Part shown: piece by piece, positions 8,178 through 18,414 of the stretch
Layout: each line of letters starts with the position of its first letter
Position numbering within the stretch: the stretch's first letter is position 1
Origin: Chlamydiota bacterium
GTDB taxonomy: Bacteria > Chlamydiota > Chlamydiia > Chlamydiales > JAAKFR01
Assembly: GCA_011064985.1 (NCBI GenBank)
Contig: JAAKFR010000001.1
Location: 1 to 38,366, forward strand
DNA: 38,366 nt
Direction of reading: 5' to 3'
The notes under the pieces: model-generated
What the model saw: the letters and a program-made list of their open reading frames with translations, nothing else
Databases searched by the model: none
Told to the model about the DNA's origin: nothing
Translations under genes and position numbers: made by a program

Positions 8178-8243
8178 AGTGTGTTCTCCGGTTGAGTTTA
8201 GAGCTTGACAGGGACTCTTTATGTAGGAAGGGAGAATTTAGGA

Positions 8244-11200
8244 TCAAGAGGATTTTTGGTGGAGCGGGAAGTTCTGCTGGAGGGCTTTGAGGACGAATTC
8301 TTCCATCTCTTTGGGAGTCTTGGGGATAGGAATGGGGATCTTCTGCGAGATCTTCCCCTTTTTCCCGTGAGTTTGTTCGGCAAAGAGGACGATCTTCGAG
8401 AGTTTGAGGTGGGTGAAGTGGTGGCGAGCGGCAAAGAGGCGGACTCTAGCAAGGTGGTGGAGCCATTCGACCTGGAGAGGGAGAGGGCCAAACCGGTCGC
8501 GGATCTCGTCGATGAGTCTGTCGATCTCCTCTTCGCTTTCGGCGTCTCCTAGACGTTGGTAGAGCTCCATCCGGAGGGAGGTCTCGTTGACGTAATCATC
8601 TGGGAGTCGGGCGTCGAAGGGGAATTCAACTTTCACCTCATGGTAGAAGAGAGGACGCTCTTTTTTCTGCAGAGCGTTGATCGTCTTTTTCAAGAGCTTG
8701 CAGTAGAGCTGGAAGCCGATCGCAGCGACATGTCCCGACTGTTCGGTCCCGAGGATATTGCCAGCTCCCCGGATTTCGAGATCGTGCATCGCCACCTTCA
8801 TCCCTCCCCCGATTCCGGAGGCTTGTGAGAGGGCGGAGAGGCGTTTGCGGGAGATCTCGCTCAGCTCGCGCGCGTTCGGGACGAGGAAGTAGCAATACGC
8901 TTTCCGGTTCCACCGCCCCACTCGCCCCCGCATCTGGTAGAGATCGGCGAGGCCAAACCGGTCGGCTCGGTCGATCAAGATCGTGTTGGCATTGGGGATA
9001 TCGATCCCGTTTTCGATGATCGAAGTGGCAACTAAGATGTCGACCTCGCCATTTTTGAAGGCGTGGAAGACAGTGTCGATCTCAGAGGCGCTCATCTGCC
9101 CGTGGCCAACGACAATCCGAGCTCCTGGGAGAAGGTGGCGGATCCTGTTTGCCATTTCGAAGATCGTTTCGACTCGGTTGTGGATGAAATAGGCCTGACC
9201 ATCACGGGCGAGCTCACGTATAAGGGCGTTTTTGACGAGCTCTTCGGCAGCCGTTGCGACAACGGTCTGGATCGGGAGGCGGTCTTCAGGGGGGGTATTG
9301 ATGACAGAGAGATCGCGCGCCCCAACAAGAGACATGTAGAGGGTGCGGGGAATCGGGGTTGCCGAAAGGGTGAGGCAGTCGACCTCTTTGCGCAGCGTTT
9401 TGAGGCGTTCTTTCGCTTTGACCCCAAACCGTTGCTCCTCATCGATGATCACAAGACCGAGATTGGCAAATTCGACATCTTTACTGACGATCCGGTGGGT
9501 TCCGATCAAGATGTCGATCTCCCCTTTTTTAGCAGCCTCGATTATGGCGCGGATCTCCTTCGGTTTTCGGAAGCGGGAGATGTGGGCGATCCGTAAAGGG
9601 AAATTCTCCATACGTGCGGAGAACGACTCATAGTGTTGGAGGGCAAGGATGGTAGTGGGGACAAGAACGGCCACTTGTCGCCCTCCATCGACCACTGTTT
9701 TGAAAGCGGCCCGCATGGCAATCTCGGTCTTGCCATAACCAACATCCCCACAAACAAGACGATCCATCGACTGGGTCGACTGAAAATCCTTCCCGATTGC
9801 ATCGATTGCAAGGAGTTGGTCTTGGGTCTCAACGTAGGGGAATTCCTCCCCAAATTGTTTGACCAAATCACTATCGGCAGGGTAGGGAGTTCCCCCTTTG
9901 ATCACCCGCTCGGCTTGGAGTTGGAGAAGATCATTGGCATACTGCATGATCGCCTTCTCGGTTCTCTCACGGGCCTTTTTCCATCTCGCGCTCCCCAACG
10001 TATGAAGTTCGGGCGGCTGCTCACTTGTTCCGATATACTTGGAGATGAGATTCGCTTGTTCCATCGGAACGTAGAGCTTAGACCCTTCGGCATACTGGAG
10101 GAGCATGAATTCAGTTTCGACGCCGAGGTGGTTGGGGCGTCTTTCGATTCCGATATAGCGGCCGATCCCACTATTCATATGGACGACGGCCTCTCCTGGA
10201 GTGAGGATGAGCATCTCAACGGGTAGAGTGTGGTAGTGGGTCCTTTGCTTTTGCCGCCGCACTTTGTAGCGATGGGTGAGCTCGGGTGTTGGAACAAGAG
10301 CAATAGAGGGCTCCTGCAAGTAGAACCCTGAGGAGAGATATCCCTTCTCAAACTCTCCCTCAAAAGGTTTTGGGAGTTTTGCGAATCTCTCTTGCAAGCT
10401 CGTCTTCTCCGACTCATTTTGGCAGAGGAAAAGGGCTTTGAGATCGGGTGTTTGCGAGACGACCTCCAAAAAATCTTGGGAAGAGAAGTCGTCAAGAGGG
10501 GTCTCAGGTGGGCAAAAACTGGGAAAAAGAGGGAGGAATGGGGGGTTCCAGAGTTTGGCCTCTAGGGTTTTGGAAAATGCCTCAAAAGAGATCTTCTGCG
10601 GGGGGGCGAGCTCTGAGTAGGGGTTTTTCCCTCGCTCTAGGATCTGGACTTCGCTGATCTCCCGAATCGGCTCCTCGGTGAAGTAGAAGGTTTGCAGTTC
10701 TTTTCGCTCTTCTAATAACTCCTCAAGGGAAGAAAAGGAGCGGGTTTTGGCCCCGGCCATCCCTTTTAGGGCGACGTATTTGTCTTCGATCATGGCAAGT
10801 TCATCAAAGACGAGGAGGGTGTTTGGGCCAAGATAATCAAAAAGACTTCCCAATGTTTTCTCTGTGGCTAAAAGCTCGAGTTCTTCTCCAGGTGTGAGGG
10901 TGATCTCTTCGACTTTTTCGACCGAGGTTTGGCTGATCGGGTCGTACTTCCGGATCGATACGATCTCATCTCCAAAAAATTCGAGACGGAACGGGTCGGG
11001 GGAGTTGACAGGGAAAAGGTCGAGGATCCCTCCGCGGACGGCAAACTCTCCCTTATCTGCTGCTACACTCTTTTTGTGGTACCCCATTTCTGAGAGGAAG
11101 TGGGGGAGTTCGTCGAAGGGGATTTCAGCCCCTTTTTTCAAGGGTAAGTAGAGGGCTTCAAGCCTTTCTGGAAGGAGGACCTTTTGCAAGATAGCCTGGA

Positions 11201-11612
11201 GGGAGGCAACGACAACTTGGGGTTCTCTTGTAACTTGCAAGGCACGGAGAATCCGGTATCGCTCACCCACAATATCGGGGCTCGGGGGGACATCTTCGGA
11301 GGGGAGATTCTCCCAGGCAGGAAACTCTAAAGGAGACTTACTTGAAAAGTAGGCGAGGTCATCGAGAAGTCGAGACTCTCTCGCCCCTCCACTTACAATC
11401 ACGAGGTGTTTTCCGGTCGCTTCTTGCGCTAAGGCTAGGAGAAGAGCTTTAGGTGAGCTCCAGAGCCCCTCAAATAGGAGATTGGAGTTTTCGGTTACCC
11501 ATTTCGGAAACTCCTTGAGTTTTGGGTTGGAGAGGAATCTCTTAGCTGGATTTTGGATTGCCGTTTTGTTTTTGGTCTCATTGTTTTTCATTAGGTGAGG
11601 GAGGAGATCCAT
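8244..11612 (-). CDS. mfd: transcription-repair coupling factor
   Basis: 1122 aa. Helicase motifs LVCGDVGYGKTE and DEEQRFGV are present, and the C-terminal TRG/D7 region looks typical. An alternative start at 11591 (MKNNETK) would overlap the alaS stop by 1 nt. Confidence 0.92.
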   Translation of the reverse strand: MDLLPHLMKNNETKNKTAIQNPAKRFLSNPKLKEFPKWVTENSNLLFEGLWSSPKALLLALAQEATGKHLVIVSGGARESRLLDDLAYFSSKSPLEFPAWENLPSEDVPPSPDIVGERYRILRALQVTREPQVVVASLQAILQKVLLPERLEALYLPLKKGAEIPFDELPHFLSEMGYHKKSVAADKGEFAVRGGILDLFPVNSPDPFRLEFFGDEIVSIRKYDPISQTSVEKVEEITLTPGEELELLATEKTLGSLFDYLGPNTLLVFDELAMIEDKYVALKGMAGAKTRSFSSLEELLEERKELQTFYFTEEPIREISEVQILERGKNPYSELAPPQKISFEAFSKTLEAKLWNPPFLPLFPSFCPPETPLDDFSSQDFLEVVSQTPDLKALFLCQNESEKTSLQERFAKLPKPFEGEFEKGYLSSGFYLQEPSIALVPTPELTHRYKVRRQKQRTHYHTLPVEMLILTPGEAVVHMNSGIGRYIGIERRPNHLGVETEFMLLQYAEGSKLYVPMEQANLISKYIGTSEQPPELHTLGSARWKKARERTEKAIMQYANDLLQLQAERVIKGGTPYPADSDLVKQFGEEFPYVETQDQLLAIDAIGKDFQSTQSMDRLVCGDVGYGKTEIAMRAAFKTVVDGGRQVAVLVPTTILALQHYESFSARMENFPLRIAHISRFRKPKEIRAIIEAAKKGEIDILIGTHRIVSKDVEFANLGLVIIDEEQRFGVKAKERLKTLRKEVDCLTLSATPIPRTLYMSLVGARDLSVINTPPEDRLPIQTVVATAAEELVKNALIRELARDGQAYFIHNRVETIFEMANRIRHLLPGARIVVGHGQMSASEIDTVFHAFKNGEVDILVATSIIENGIDIPNANTILIDRADRFGLADLYQMRGRVGRWNRKAYCYFLVPNARELSEISRKRLSALSQASGIGGGMKVAMHDLEIRGAGNILGTEQSGHVAAIGFQLYCKLLKKTINALQKKERPLFYHEVKVEFPFDARLPDDYVNETSLRMELYQRLGDAESEEEIDRLIDEIRDRFGPLPLQVEWLHHLARVRLFAARHHFTHLKLSKIVLFAEQTHGKKGKISQKIPIPIPKTPKEMEEFVLKALQQNFPLHQKSS

Positions 11613-14239
11613 TGGCGGGCCTCGTGTAAAGCTTTCTCACTGTTTTCTGGGTTTGTTCCTCCTCCTTGGGCGGCTTCGGGTTTCCCTCCTCCTTTCCCTC
11701 CAACTATCGGAGCAATTTTCTGGATCAGCTTTCCGGCATGGAATCCCTTCTGGGCATACTCTGGGGAGATACGGGTGAGGAAGGTACATTTGTTCTCTTC
11801 GATTCCGATGAGAAGGAGAATGAGGGGAGAGCACTTCTCCACCACGAGATCGGCGCACTCTTTTAGCTCCTTTGGAGCAAGGGAGAGAGAGTGCAAAAGA
11901 TAGGAGACCCCGTTTGTCTCTTCGATATGGGCGAGGAGGTTTTCCACTTCAACAGAGAGAAGCTCTCTTTTCAGGCGGGTGAGCTCTTTTGCTAGATTCT
12001 CCTTTTCTTCGAGGAGCTTCTCTCCTTTTTCAGGGAGTTGAGCTGGCTGGGCTTTGAAAAGCTTAGCAAGAGAGAGGAGGAGATCTTCTGATTCATGGAC
12101 GAACTTATTGGCCTCCTCTCCTGCAACTGCTTCGATTCGGCGGATCCCGGCCGCGATGCTGCTCTCTTTTGTGATCCGGAAGTAGCCGAGGGTTCCCGTG
12201 GCTGTTGTATGGGTCCCCCCGCAGAGCTCTTTGGAGTAGTCGAGATCGATCACGCGGACGTACTCCCCATACTTCTCCCCGAAAAACTGGATGATATCGT
12301 CTCTTGTTTGCGCTTCGGAGTGGGCAAGTTCGTAGGAGTGGACCGGTCTGTTTTCCCGGATTTTCTCATTTACGAGGGTTTCAATTTGGGTGATCTCTTC
12401 AGAAGAGAGGGGTTTATGGTGGGAGAAATCAAATCGGAGGCGGGTGGCTTCCACGACAGAACCGGCTTGCTTGATGTGAGGGCCGAGAACGTGGCGGAGG
12501 GCCCAGTGGAGAAGGTGGGTTGCGGTGTGATGGTTGGCGATTTTTTGTCGTCTTTTTTGGTTTACGTGAGCTGAGACTCTCTCTCCTACTCGGATCTCTC
12601 CACTTTTCAAAACACCCTTATGGGTGATTACATCGGAATAAGGAGATTGGCAATCGATCACAGTAAAGAGGGCGCTCTCAGAAGAGATCTCCCCTTGGTC
12701 GCCAACCTGCCCCCCCTTTTCGGCATAAAACGGAGTTTGGTCGAGAAGGATCGTCCCCTCTTCTCCCTCATGGAGGACGGGGAGTTCTTCTCCATCGCGG
12801 AAGATCCCGAGGACAACGGCTTCGGCCGAGAGTTGCCGATACCCGAGAAATTGGGCAGGACCATGGGTTTCGAGGTAGCTAGCGAAGGCCGATTCTTCGC
12901 CAAGCTGCACCGTCTCTTTCCTAGCTCCTCTAGAGCGGAGTTTTGCCTCGTGTTCGAGCTCTTCAAAGCGGGAGATATCGACTGCGAGATGGGCATCTTT
13001 TGCTAATAGGAGGATCTCTTCTAAGGGGAGGCCGTAGGTGTCTTTGAGTTTGAAGGAATCCTCGCCGGAGATTTCCCCCACTTTAGTCGACTTCTCGATC
13101 ACTTGCCCAAGGAGAGCTCCCCCTCTTTTGAGGGTGCGCAAAAAACCCTCTTCTTCGAGGGTGAGGATCTCCGCAGTTCTCTCTTGCGAGGCGAGAAGTT
13201 CGGGGAAATCCTCTCCCATGAGCTCGCTGAGTCTTGGGAGAAGATCGGCGAGAAAGGGTTTTTCGATGCCAAGTTGTTTCCCGTAGCGTACGGCCCGCCT
13301 CACCACCTTGCGCAAAACATACCCCCGCTCGATGTTGCTCGGCTGGACCCCATCGGCAATCGCAAAGGCAAGCGTCCGGAGGTGGTCGGCAATCACACGG
13401 AAAGGAGGGGCATTTTTTCCATGAGGGTCATACTGTATACTAGATAGTGATTCCACCTCTCCAATCAGGGTCCGGATCACATCTGTTTCGAAAAGCGAAT
13501 CGACTCCTAGGAGGATCGAGAGGATCCTTTCAAGTCCAGCACCAGTATCGACGCATTTGTTGGGGAGGGGACGGAGAATACCAGACGGTTCCCGGTTGCT
13601 CTCTATAAAGACGAGGTTCCAAAATTCGAGAAAACGCTCCCCCTCGATATCTTCGGCAGGGCTTCTTGCTGATCCAAACCCCTCTCCTCGGTCGAAGTAG
13701 AGCTCTGAGCAGGGACCACACGGACCGGTGTCTCCCATCGCCCAGAAGTTGTCCTTTTCTCCCATCCGGACGATCCGTTCTTCTGGAAGGTAGGCTTTCC
13801 ACAGAGCAAAAGATTCTTCATCTTCATGAAATACAGTTGCGTAGAGGTATTTCGGATCGAGCTGGAAAATTTCGAGGGTGACTTCCCAAGCAAAGTCGAT
13901 CGCTTGTTTTTTGAAGTAGTCGCCAAAAGAGAAGTTGCCGAGCATCTCAAAAAAAGTGAGGTGGCGGGTGGTGTGGCCTACATTTTCCAGGTCGTTGTGT
14001 TTCCCCCCGACCCGGACACATTTCTGGGAAGTTGTGGCGCGGGTGTAGCTCCGTTTGTTCTGTCCCAAAAAGACATCTTTGAACTGGTTCATCCCTGCAT
14101 TGGTGAAAAGGAGGGTAGGATCGTCGTGTGGGACGACAGGGGAGGAGGGGACTTTTGTGTGTCCGTTTTTTTCGAAGTAGGAGAGGAAGGCTCTCCTTAC
14201 CTCTTGGCTAGTTGGCTTTTTCATAATAGGGAACAGCAT
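11591..14239 (-). CDS. alaS: alanine--tRNA ligase
   Basis: 882 aa with FTNAGMNQFK and TFFEMLGNFSFGDYFK motifs and the HxxxH editing-domain motif (HHTATHLLH). An alternative start at 14224 (MKKPTSQEVR) is possible. Confidence 0.93.
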   Translation of the reverse strand: MLFPIMKKPTSQEVRRAFLSYFEKNGHTKVPSSPVVPHDDPTLLFTNAGMNQFKDVFLGQNKRSYTRATTSQKCVRVGGKHNDLENVGHTTRHLTFFEMLGNFSFGDYFKKQAIDFAWEVTLEIFQLDPKYLYATVFHEDEESFALWKAYLPEERIVRMGEKDNFWAMGDTGPCGPCSELYFDRGEGFGSARSPAEDIEGERFLEFWNLVFIESNREPSGILRPLPNKCVDTGAGLERILSILLGVDSLFETDVIRTLIGEVESLSSIQYDPHGKNAPPFRVIADHLRTLAFAIADGVQPSNIERGYVLRKVVRRAVRYGKQLGIEKPFLADLLPRLSELMGEDFPELLASQERTAEILTLEEEGFLRTLKRGGALLGQVIEKSTKVGEISGEDSFKLKDTYGLPLEEILLLAKDAHLAVDISRFEELEHEAKLRSRGARKETVQLGEESAFASYLETHGPAQFLGYRQLSAEAVVLGIFRDGEELPVLHEGEEGTILLDQTPFYAEKGGQVGDQGEISSESALFTVIDCQSPYSDVITHKGVLKSGEIRVGERVSAHVNQKRRQKIANHHTATHLLHWALRHVLGPHIKQAGSVVEATRLRFDFSHHKPLSSEEITQIETLVNEKIRENRPVHSYELAHSEAQTRDDIIQFFGEKYGEYVRVIDLDYSKELCGGTHTTATGTLGYFRITKESSIAAGIRRIEAVAGEEANKFVHESEDLLLSLAKLFKAQPAQLPEKGEKLLEEKENLAKELTRLKRELLSVEVENLLAHIEETNGVSYLLHSLSLAPKELKECADLVVEKCSPLILLLIGIEENKCTFLTRISPEYAQKGFHAGKLIQKIAPIVGGKGGGKPEAAQGGGTNPENSEKALHEARQWISSLT

Positions 14240-14334
14240 ACCATGAGACCGTTGAAAAATTCAAAACCTTGATTCAGATTGAGTTTTTCAATAATGAGAC
14301 TTGGAGCCACAAAGACTCAAAGGTACACAAAGTT

Positions 14335-14509
14335 GGGTGCAATTAAAAGTGGAGCTTATATCGATAACCTTACTCAGTTGAGCGAGGTGGTTCTATTTAA
14401 AGACTTAACCCAAGTTCCCATCCTCAGGCACAAAGTAGGGGGCATGCAAGAGCCTGGATGCAAAAGCCTGCCACAAATGAAGGCAAAAGCTCCACTTTTA
14501 ATTGCACCC
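14335..14509. mobile_element. MITE-like element (175 bp) with perfect 21-bp terminal inverted repeats
   Basis: GGGTGCAATTAAAAGTGGAGC at 14335-14355 is the exact reverse complement of 14489-14509. The interior shares CTCAGTTGAGC and the right end with 38140-38239, and shares GTAGGGGGCATGCAAGAGCCTGG with the 87-bp repeat. It has no coding capacity. Confidence 0.65.
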
Positions 14510-14591
14510 CACGAAGTTCTACTGCTTGAGATTTTTTGTATCAAACCGTTACAGTGTTTTTCACGAATCACAATAACTCAAGGCAAAAGAG

Positions 14592-16586
14592 ATGGAAGAG
14601 TTCCCAGAAGAGAAAAAGAAGATTTTAGAAAAAATGGCCGGAGCGATCAGAGGTCTTTCAATCGATGCGGTCCAAAAAGCCAACTCGGGCCATCCTGGGC
14701 TTCCACTCGGATGTGCTGAAATCGCAGCCTATCTCTATGGGCAAGCTCTCAACCACAATCCGAAAAACCCCCATTTTGTCAACCGGGACCGGTTTGTCTT
14801 ATCGGCTGGGCACGGGTCGATGTTGCTCTACTCGTCTCTACATCTCTCCGGTTTCCCCCTCTCTTTGGAAGAGCTAGAAAATTTTCGCCAGCTCCACTCG
14901 AAAACCCCTGGCCATCCCGAGTATGGGGAGACCGAAGGGGTTGAGGCAACCACAGGTCCTCTCGGACAGGGGGCAGGAAATGCCGTGGGGATGGCTCTCG
15001 GCCTGCAAATCCTCGCCCAAAAATTCAATACCAAAGACCATACTCTTTTCGATGCGAAAGTCTTTTGTCTCTGTAGTGACGGGGATATGATGGAGGGGGT
15101 GAGTCATGAGGTCTCAGCTCTTGCGGGACATTTGCAGCTCAATAATTTGATTTTCTTCTACGATGCGAACCATATCTGTTTAGACGGTCCACTCTCAGAG
15201 TGTGCCTCGGAAGATACAAAAGCCCGTTTTGAGGCTTATGGCTGGGAGACCTATGATCTCGATCCGTATGATTTTGATGCGATGCATGAGCTCATCAGTC
15301 GTGTGCGGAAAGAGCAAACAAAGCCGGTTATGATCCTCTGTCATACGATTATTGGAAAAGGATCACCAGGGAAGGAAGGGACCCACAAAGTCCATGGGGC
15401 TCCTTTGGGTCCCGAGGAGCTTGCAGCAACAAAAGAAGCTTTAGGGGTCTCCCAAGAGGCATTTTATGTTCCTAAAGCGGTAGAAAATTACTTCCACGAA
15501 AAACTGAAAAAAGATGAGCAGCTAGAGGAACGGTGGGGAGAGAAGTACCGTCTTTGGTCGAAGGCGAATCCTCAGCTTCACGAAGAATTCCAAAAAATGG
15601 CCGAATCCCACCTCCCAGAAGATCTGGAAGAGAAGCTAAGGGGGATCGAGGTTCCAGATAGCGTAGCGGGGAGAAAGGCCTCTCATGCTGTCCTAGACGT
15701 TCTTGCCGATCTACTTCCCGATCTCTATGGCGGCTCAGCCGACCTTTCGGGGTCCGATTTGACGATGATGAAAAAGTACTCAATCATCAAACCCGGCGAT
15801 TTTTCTGGGCGGAATATCAAGTTTGGGGTGCGAGAGTTTGGGATGGGGACGATTGCCAACGGGCTTGCCCTCACCCAGATGTTCACTCCGTTTGTAGGGA
15901 CATTTCTCACCTTTTCCGACTACATGCGCAATGCGATCCGTTTGGCCGCTCTGTCAAAGCTCAAAGTGATCTACCAGTTTACCCACGATTCGATCTTTCT
16001 TGGAGAAGATGGGCCGACCCACCAACCTGTTGAACACTATGCGGCTCTTCGGGCGATTCCCCATCTCTACTTGATCCGCCCTGCCGACGCTCATGAGGTG
16101 CGGGGAGCTTGGATCGCAGCCCTTAACCACCAAGGGCCATCTGCCATCGCCCTCTCCCGCCAGTCGATCCCTACACTCGAGGAAACCGACCTCCCTTACG
16201 CCGAAAGTGTGGGTCGGGGAGCCTATATTCTCAAAAAAGAGAAGAGTAAACCCGATTATACCCTCTTTGCAACTGGCTCAGAGGTTCCTTTGGCGATGAG
16301 TGTTGCTAGAGAGCTCCACAAACTGGGGAAACAGGTGCGTGTCGTTTCGATGCCTTGCTTCGAGCTTTTCGAAGCGCAAGATGAGGAGTACTACGAGTCG
16401 GTTGTTGGAGGCGATTTAGGGAGGCGGATCAGCATCGAAGCTGGTGTCGACCTTGGGTGGCACAAGTACATTGGCCGAGAAGGGCTTTCGATTTGCCTCG
16501 AGAGCTTTGGTGCCTCTGCTCCAGCCGGTGTCCTCGCCGAAGAGTTCGGCTTTTCCATAGACACCATCCTCGAACAAATCCTCTAG
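14592..16586 (+). CDS. tkt: transketolase
   Basis: 664 aa with SGHPG, DRFVLSAGHGSMLLYS and GEDGPTHQP motifs. Confidence 0.93.
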   Translation: MEEFPEEKKKILEKMAGAIRGLSIDAVQKANSGHPGLPLGCAEIAAYLYGQALNHNPKNPHFVNRDRFVLSAGHGSMLLYSSLHLSGFPLSLEELENFRQLHSKTPGHPEYGETEGVEATTGPLGQGAGNAVGMALGLQILAQKFNTKDHTLFDAKVFCLCSDGDMMEGVSHEVSALAGHLQLNNLIFFYDANHICLDGPLSECASEDTKARFEAYGWETYDLDPYDFDAMHELISRVRKEQTKPVMILCHTIIGKGSPGKEGTHKVHGAPLGPEELAATKEALGVSQEAFYVPKAVENYFHEKLKKDEQLEERWGEKYRLWSKANPQLHEEFQKMAESHLPEDLEEKLRGIEVPDSVAGRKASHAVLDVLADLLPDLYGGSADLSGSDLTMMKKYSIIKPGDFSGRNIKFGVREFGMGTIANGLALTQMFTPFVGTFLTFSDYMRNAIRLAALSKLKVIYQFTHDSIFLGEDGPTHQPVEHYAALRAIPHLYLIRPADAHEVRGAWIAALNHQGPSAIALSRQSIPTLEETDLPYAESVGRGAYILKKEKSKPDYTLFATGSEVPLAMSVARELHKLGKQVRVVSMPCFELFEAQDEEYYESVVGGDLGRRISIEAGVDLGWHKYIGREGLSICLESFGASAPAGVLAEEFGFSIDTILEQIL

Positions 16587-16633
16587 GGTTTTGGGTACAG
16601 GAGGTTCAGGGGGACTTTTGGCTGCTTTTCGCC

Positions 16634-16699
16634 CTAGTTAAACGATCGCTCGCTTGCTGTATCAGTAAATACTATCTGCGCTCGCGATCGTTTAACTAG
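16634..16699. terminator. inverted repeat between convergent tkt and amn (candidate bidirectional terminator hairpin)
   Basis: Perfect 16-bp arms, CTAGTTAAACGATCGC (16634-16649) and GCGATCGTTTAACTAG (16684-16699). There is no clear U-tract on either strand. Confidence 0.35.
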
Positions 16700-16778
16700 A
16701 ACGAAAATCCCCAAAAGCTCTCTGGAAAACGATTGTTCAAGTGGGGTGAAAAGCATCCAAAAGGGACTACAAACGTTG

Positions 16779-17600
16779 TTAGATATCAGTTTCGGCGGAT
16801 TTGCCGCGGAAGGCCCCTTTGGCTTTGTGTTTGAGTTTGTCTTTCATGGAGAGGAGAGTTTCGACTCCTTTTGCTAGATGGTCTGAAGAGTAGGTGTCGA
16901 AGACGGCTCGGGCGCTTTTTTTTGTTTTGATTCCCCCTTTTTTTAGGGGGAGGTCGGAGATAAGAAGGAGGGCGCCTAGAGGGAGTTTTCTCCTGTAGCT
17001 TGCCGAAAATAAGGTGGCACACTCCATCTCGATCGACTGGGCTTTATTCTCTTTGAGTTTCTCTTTGAAGGCTTCGTTGAATTCCCAGAAGCGGATATTG
17101 GTCGTGTGGGTGATGCCGATGTGATAGGGGATATTTTCTCTATCGAAGATCTCAGTTGCCGCTTTTTGTATGAGGAAATTGGCAAGGGCGGGGACTTCGG
17201 GGGGGAAATAGAAATCAGAGGCTCCCTCTCCACGGATGCTTGCGATGGGGACAAAGTAGTCTCCCACTTTGTAGTGGCGGCGCAATCCGCCACACATGCC
17301 GAGCATAAGAGCCCCCTTTACCGTTGGGAGAAACGAGACGAGATCGACAATAAGAGCAGCAGCAGCGGCCCCTAGCTTAAAATCGATGATGCTGATGTCG
17401 AGATCAGGAGCATGAGCTGCAGTAAACATCGACCCTTCCATCAGAGGGACTTGGTATATCTCAGCAAACATGCGGATATAGCGAGAGAAATTGGTCAGGA
17501 GGACGTAAGAGCCAAATCTGCTGACTTCTGAACCTGAGTATCTCTCGAGGGTATCACGGGCGATTTGGGCCTCGTGAGGGTCGGTTTCGTGGAATTCCAT
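16779..17600 (-). CDS. amn: short-form AMP nucleosidase (PNP/UDP phosphorylase fold)
   Basis: 273 aa with the ..LMLGMCGGLRRHYKVGDYFVP.. core. A strong SD (AAGGAGG) precedes the start. It sits between tkt and efp, as in Chlamydia. Confidence 0.75.
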   Translation of the reverse strand: MEFHETDPHEAQIARDTLERYSGSEVSRFGSYVLLTNFSRYIRMFAEIYQVPLMEGSMFTAAHAPDLDISIIDFKLGAAAAALIVDLVSFLPTVKGALMLGMCGGLRRHYKVGDYFVPIASIRGEGASDFYFPPEVPALANFLIQKAATEIFDRENIPYHIGITHTTNIRFWEFNEAFKEKLKENKAQSIEMECATLFSASYRRKLPLGALLLISDLPLKKGGIKTKKSARAVFDTYSSDHLAKGVETLLSMKDKLKHKAKGAFRGKSAETDI

Positions 17601-17798
17601 CTACTCCTCCTTCTCTTTGAAGAAGAAATTGAGAAGGGTTTTGATCACCCCCTCTTTTGGGGGAGGTGGGAGGTGGTGGCTCTCTCCCCAGCCGTTTCTT
17701 TCGTGCATCTCACATCCCACGATCCCTCTTCCTGGTTCTACTTGTTCTTCCACGTAAGGGGAGTCTGGGGGATAATCTTTGTAAGTATTCTTCCACAT
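17601..17798 (-). CDS. hypothetical small protein (65 aa), uncertain
   Basis: The ORF ends exactly where amn begins (its stop abuts the amn ATG). A weak AAGGA lies 10 nt upstream. I recognised no family, and it could be 5' UTR. Confidence 0.25.
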   Translation of the reverse strand: MWKNTYKDYPPDSPYVEEQVEPGRGIVGCEMHERNGWGESHHLPPPPKEGVIKTLLNFFFKEKEE

Positions 17799-17841
17799 CG
17801 TTATGGTGTCCTTTTATATTATTATTACTTGAGAGGTAGAT

Positions 17842-18414
17842 ATGGGTCAAATCAGTGCGAATGAATTCAAAGCCGGATTGAAGCTCCTTATTGAGGGTCA
17901 ACCATATACAATTGTCACCAACCAATTTGTGAAACCGGGAAAAGGGCAGGCTTTTAACCGAGTTCGGATCAAAAACCTCCTTACGGGACGGTCGATTGAG
18001 AAGACCTTCAAATCGGGCGAGTCGTTTGAAGAGGCTGATGTGCAGGAGATGCAGATGCGCCTCCTCTACACCGACAATGATGGGGCCACCTTTATGGACG
18101 ATGACTCCTTTGAGCAGATCACCGTCCCGCAAGCGAAGCTTGAAGAGGTAAAATCGTGGCTCGTCGAAGAGATTCTCTATGAGATTGTCCTCTATAATGG
18201 AGAACCTGTCACGGTCGAGCCTCCTATCTTTATGGAGATGGAGATCACCGAGACAGCTCCAGGAGTCAAGGGGGATACAGCCTCAGGGCGAGTCCTAAAA
18301 GATGCGGTGATCCAAACCGGGGCCAAGATCCAGATCCCGATCTTTATCGAGCAAGGGGAGTGGGTCAAAGTCGATACCCGAACTGGCGAGTATGTCTCCC
18401 GCGTCACGAAATAA
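17842..18414 (+). CDS. efp: elongation factor P
   Basis: 190 aa. FKAGLKLLIEGQPY..VKPGKGQAF motif with the modifiable Lys in the PGKG loop. Confidence 0.93.
   Translation: MGQISANEFKAGLKLLIEGQPYTIVTNQFVKPGKGQAFNRVRIKNLLTGRSIEKTFKSGESFEEADVQEMQMRLLYTDNDGATFMDDDSFEQITVPQAKLEEVKSWLVEEILYEIVLYNGEPVTVEPPIFMEMEITETAPGVKGDTASGRVLKDAVIQTGAKIQIPIFIEQGEWVKVDTRTGEYVSRVTK

Noticed and set aside
8205-14272. Many 60-200 aa ORFs on the plus strand (and out-of-frame minus ORFs) inside mfd and alaS, for example 9063-9596, 9633-10226, 12095-12574 and 13826-14272.
   Set aside because: They are shadow ORFs antisense to, or overlapping, long genes with unmistakable conserved motifs. Their translations are low-complexity and Arg/Gly/Ser-rich, and they lack SD sequences.
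14279-14719. 146-aa ORF spanning the MITE-like element and the 5' end of tkt.
   Set aside because: It is TTG-initiated, runs through the inverted-repeat element, is out of frame with tkt, and shows no motifs.
17710-18132. 140-aa minus-strand ORF overlapping efp.
   Set aside because: It is antisense to a clearly conserved efp, with no recognisable motifs.
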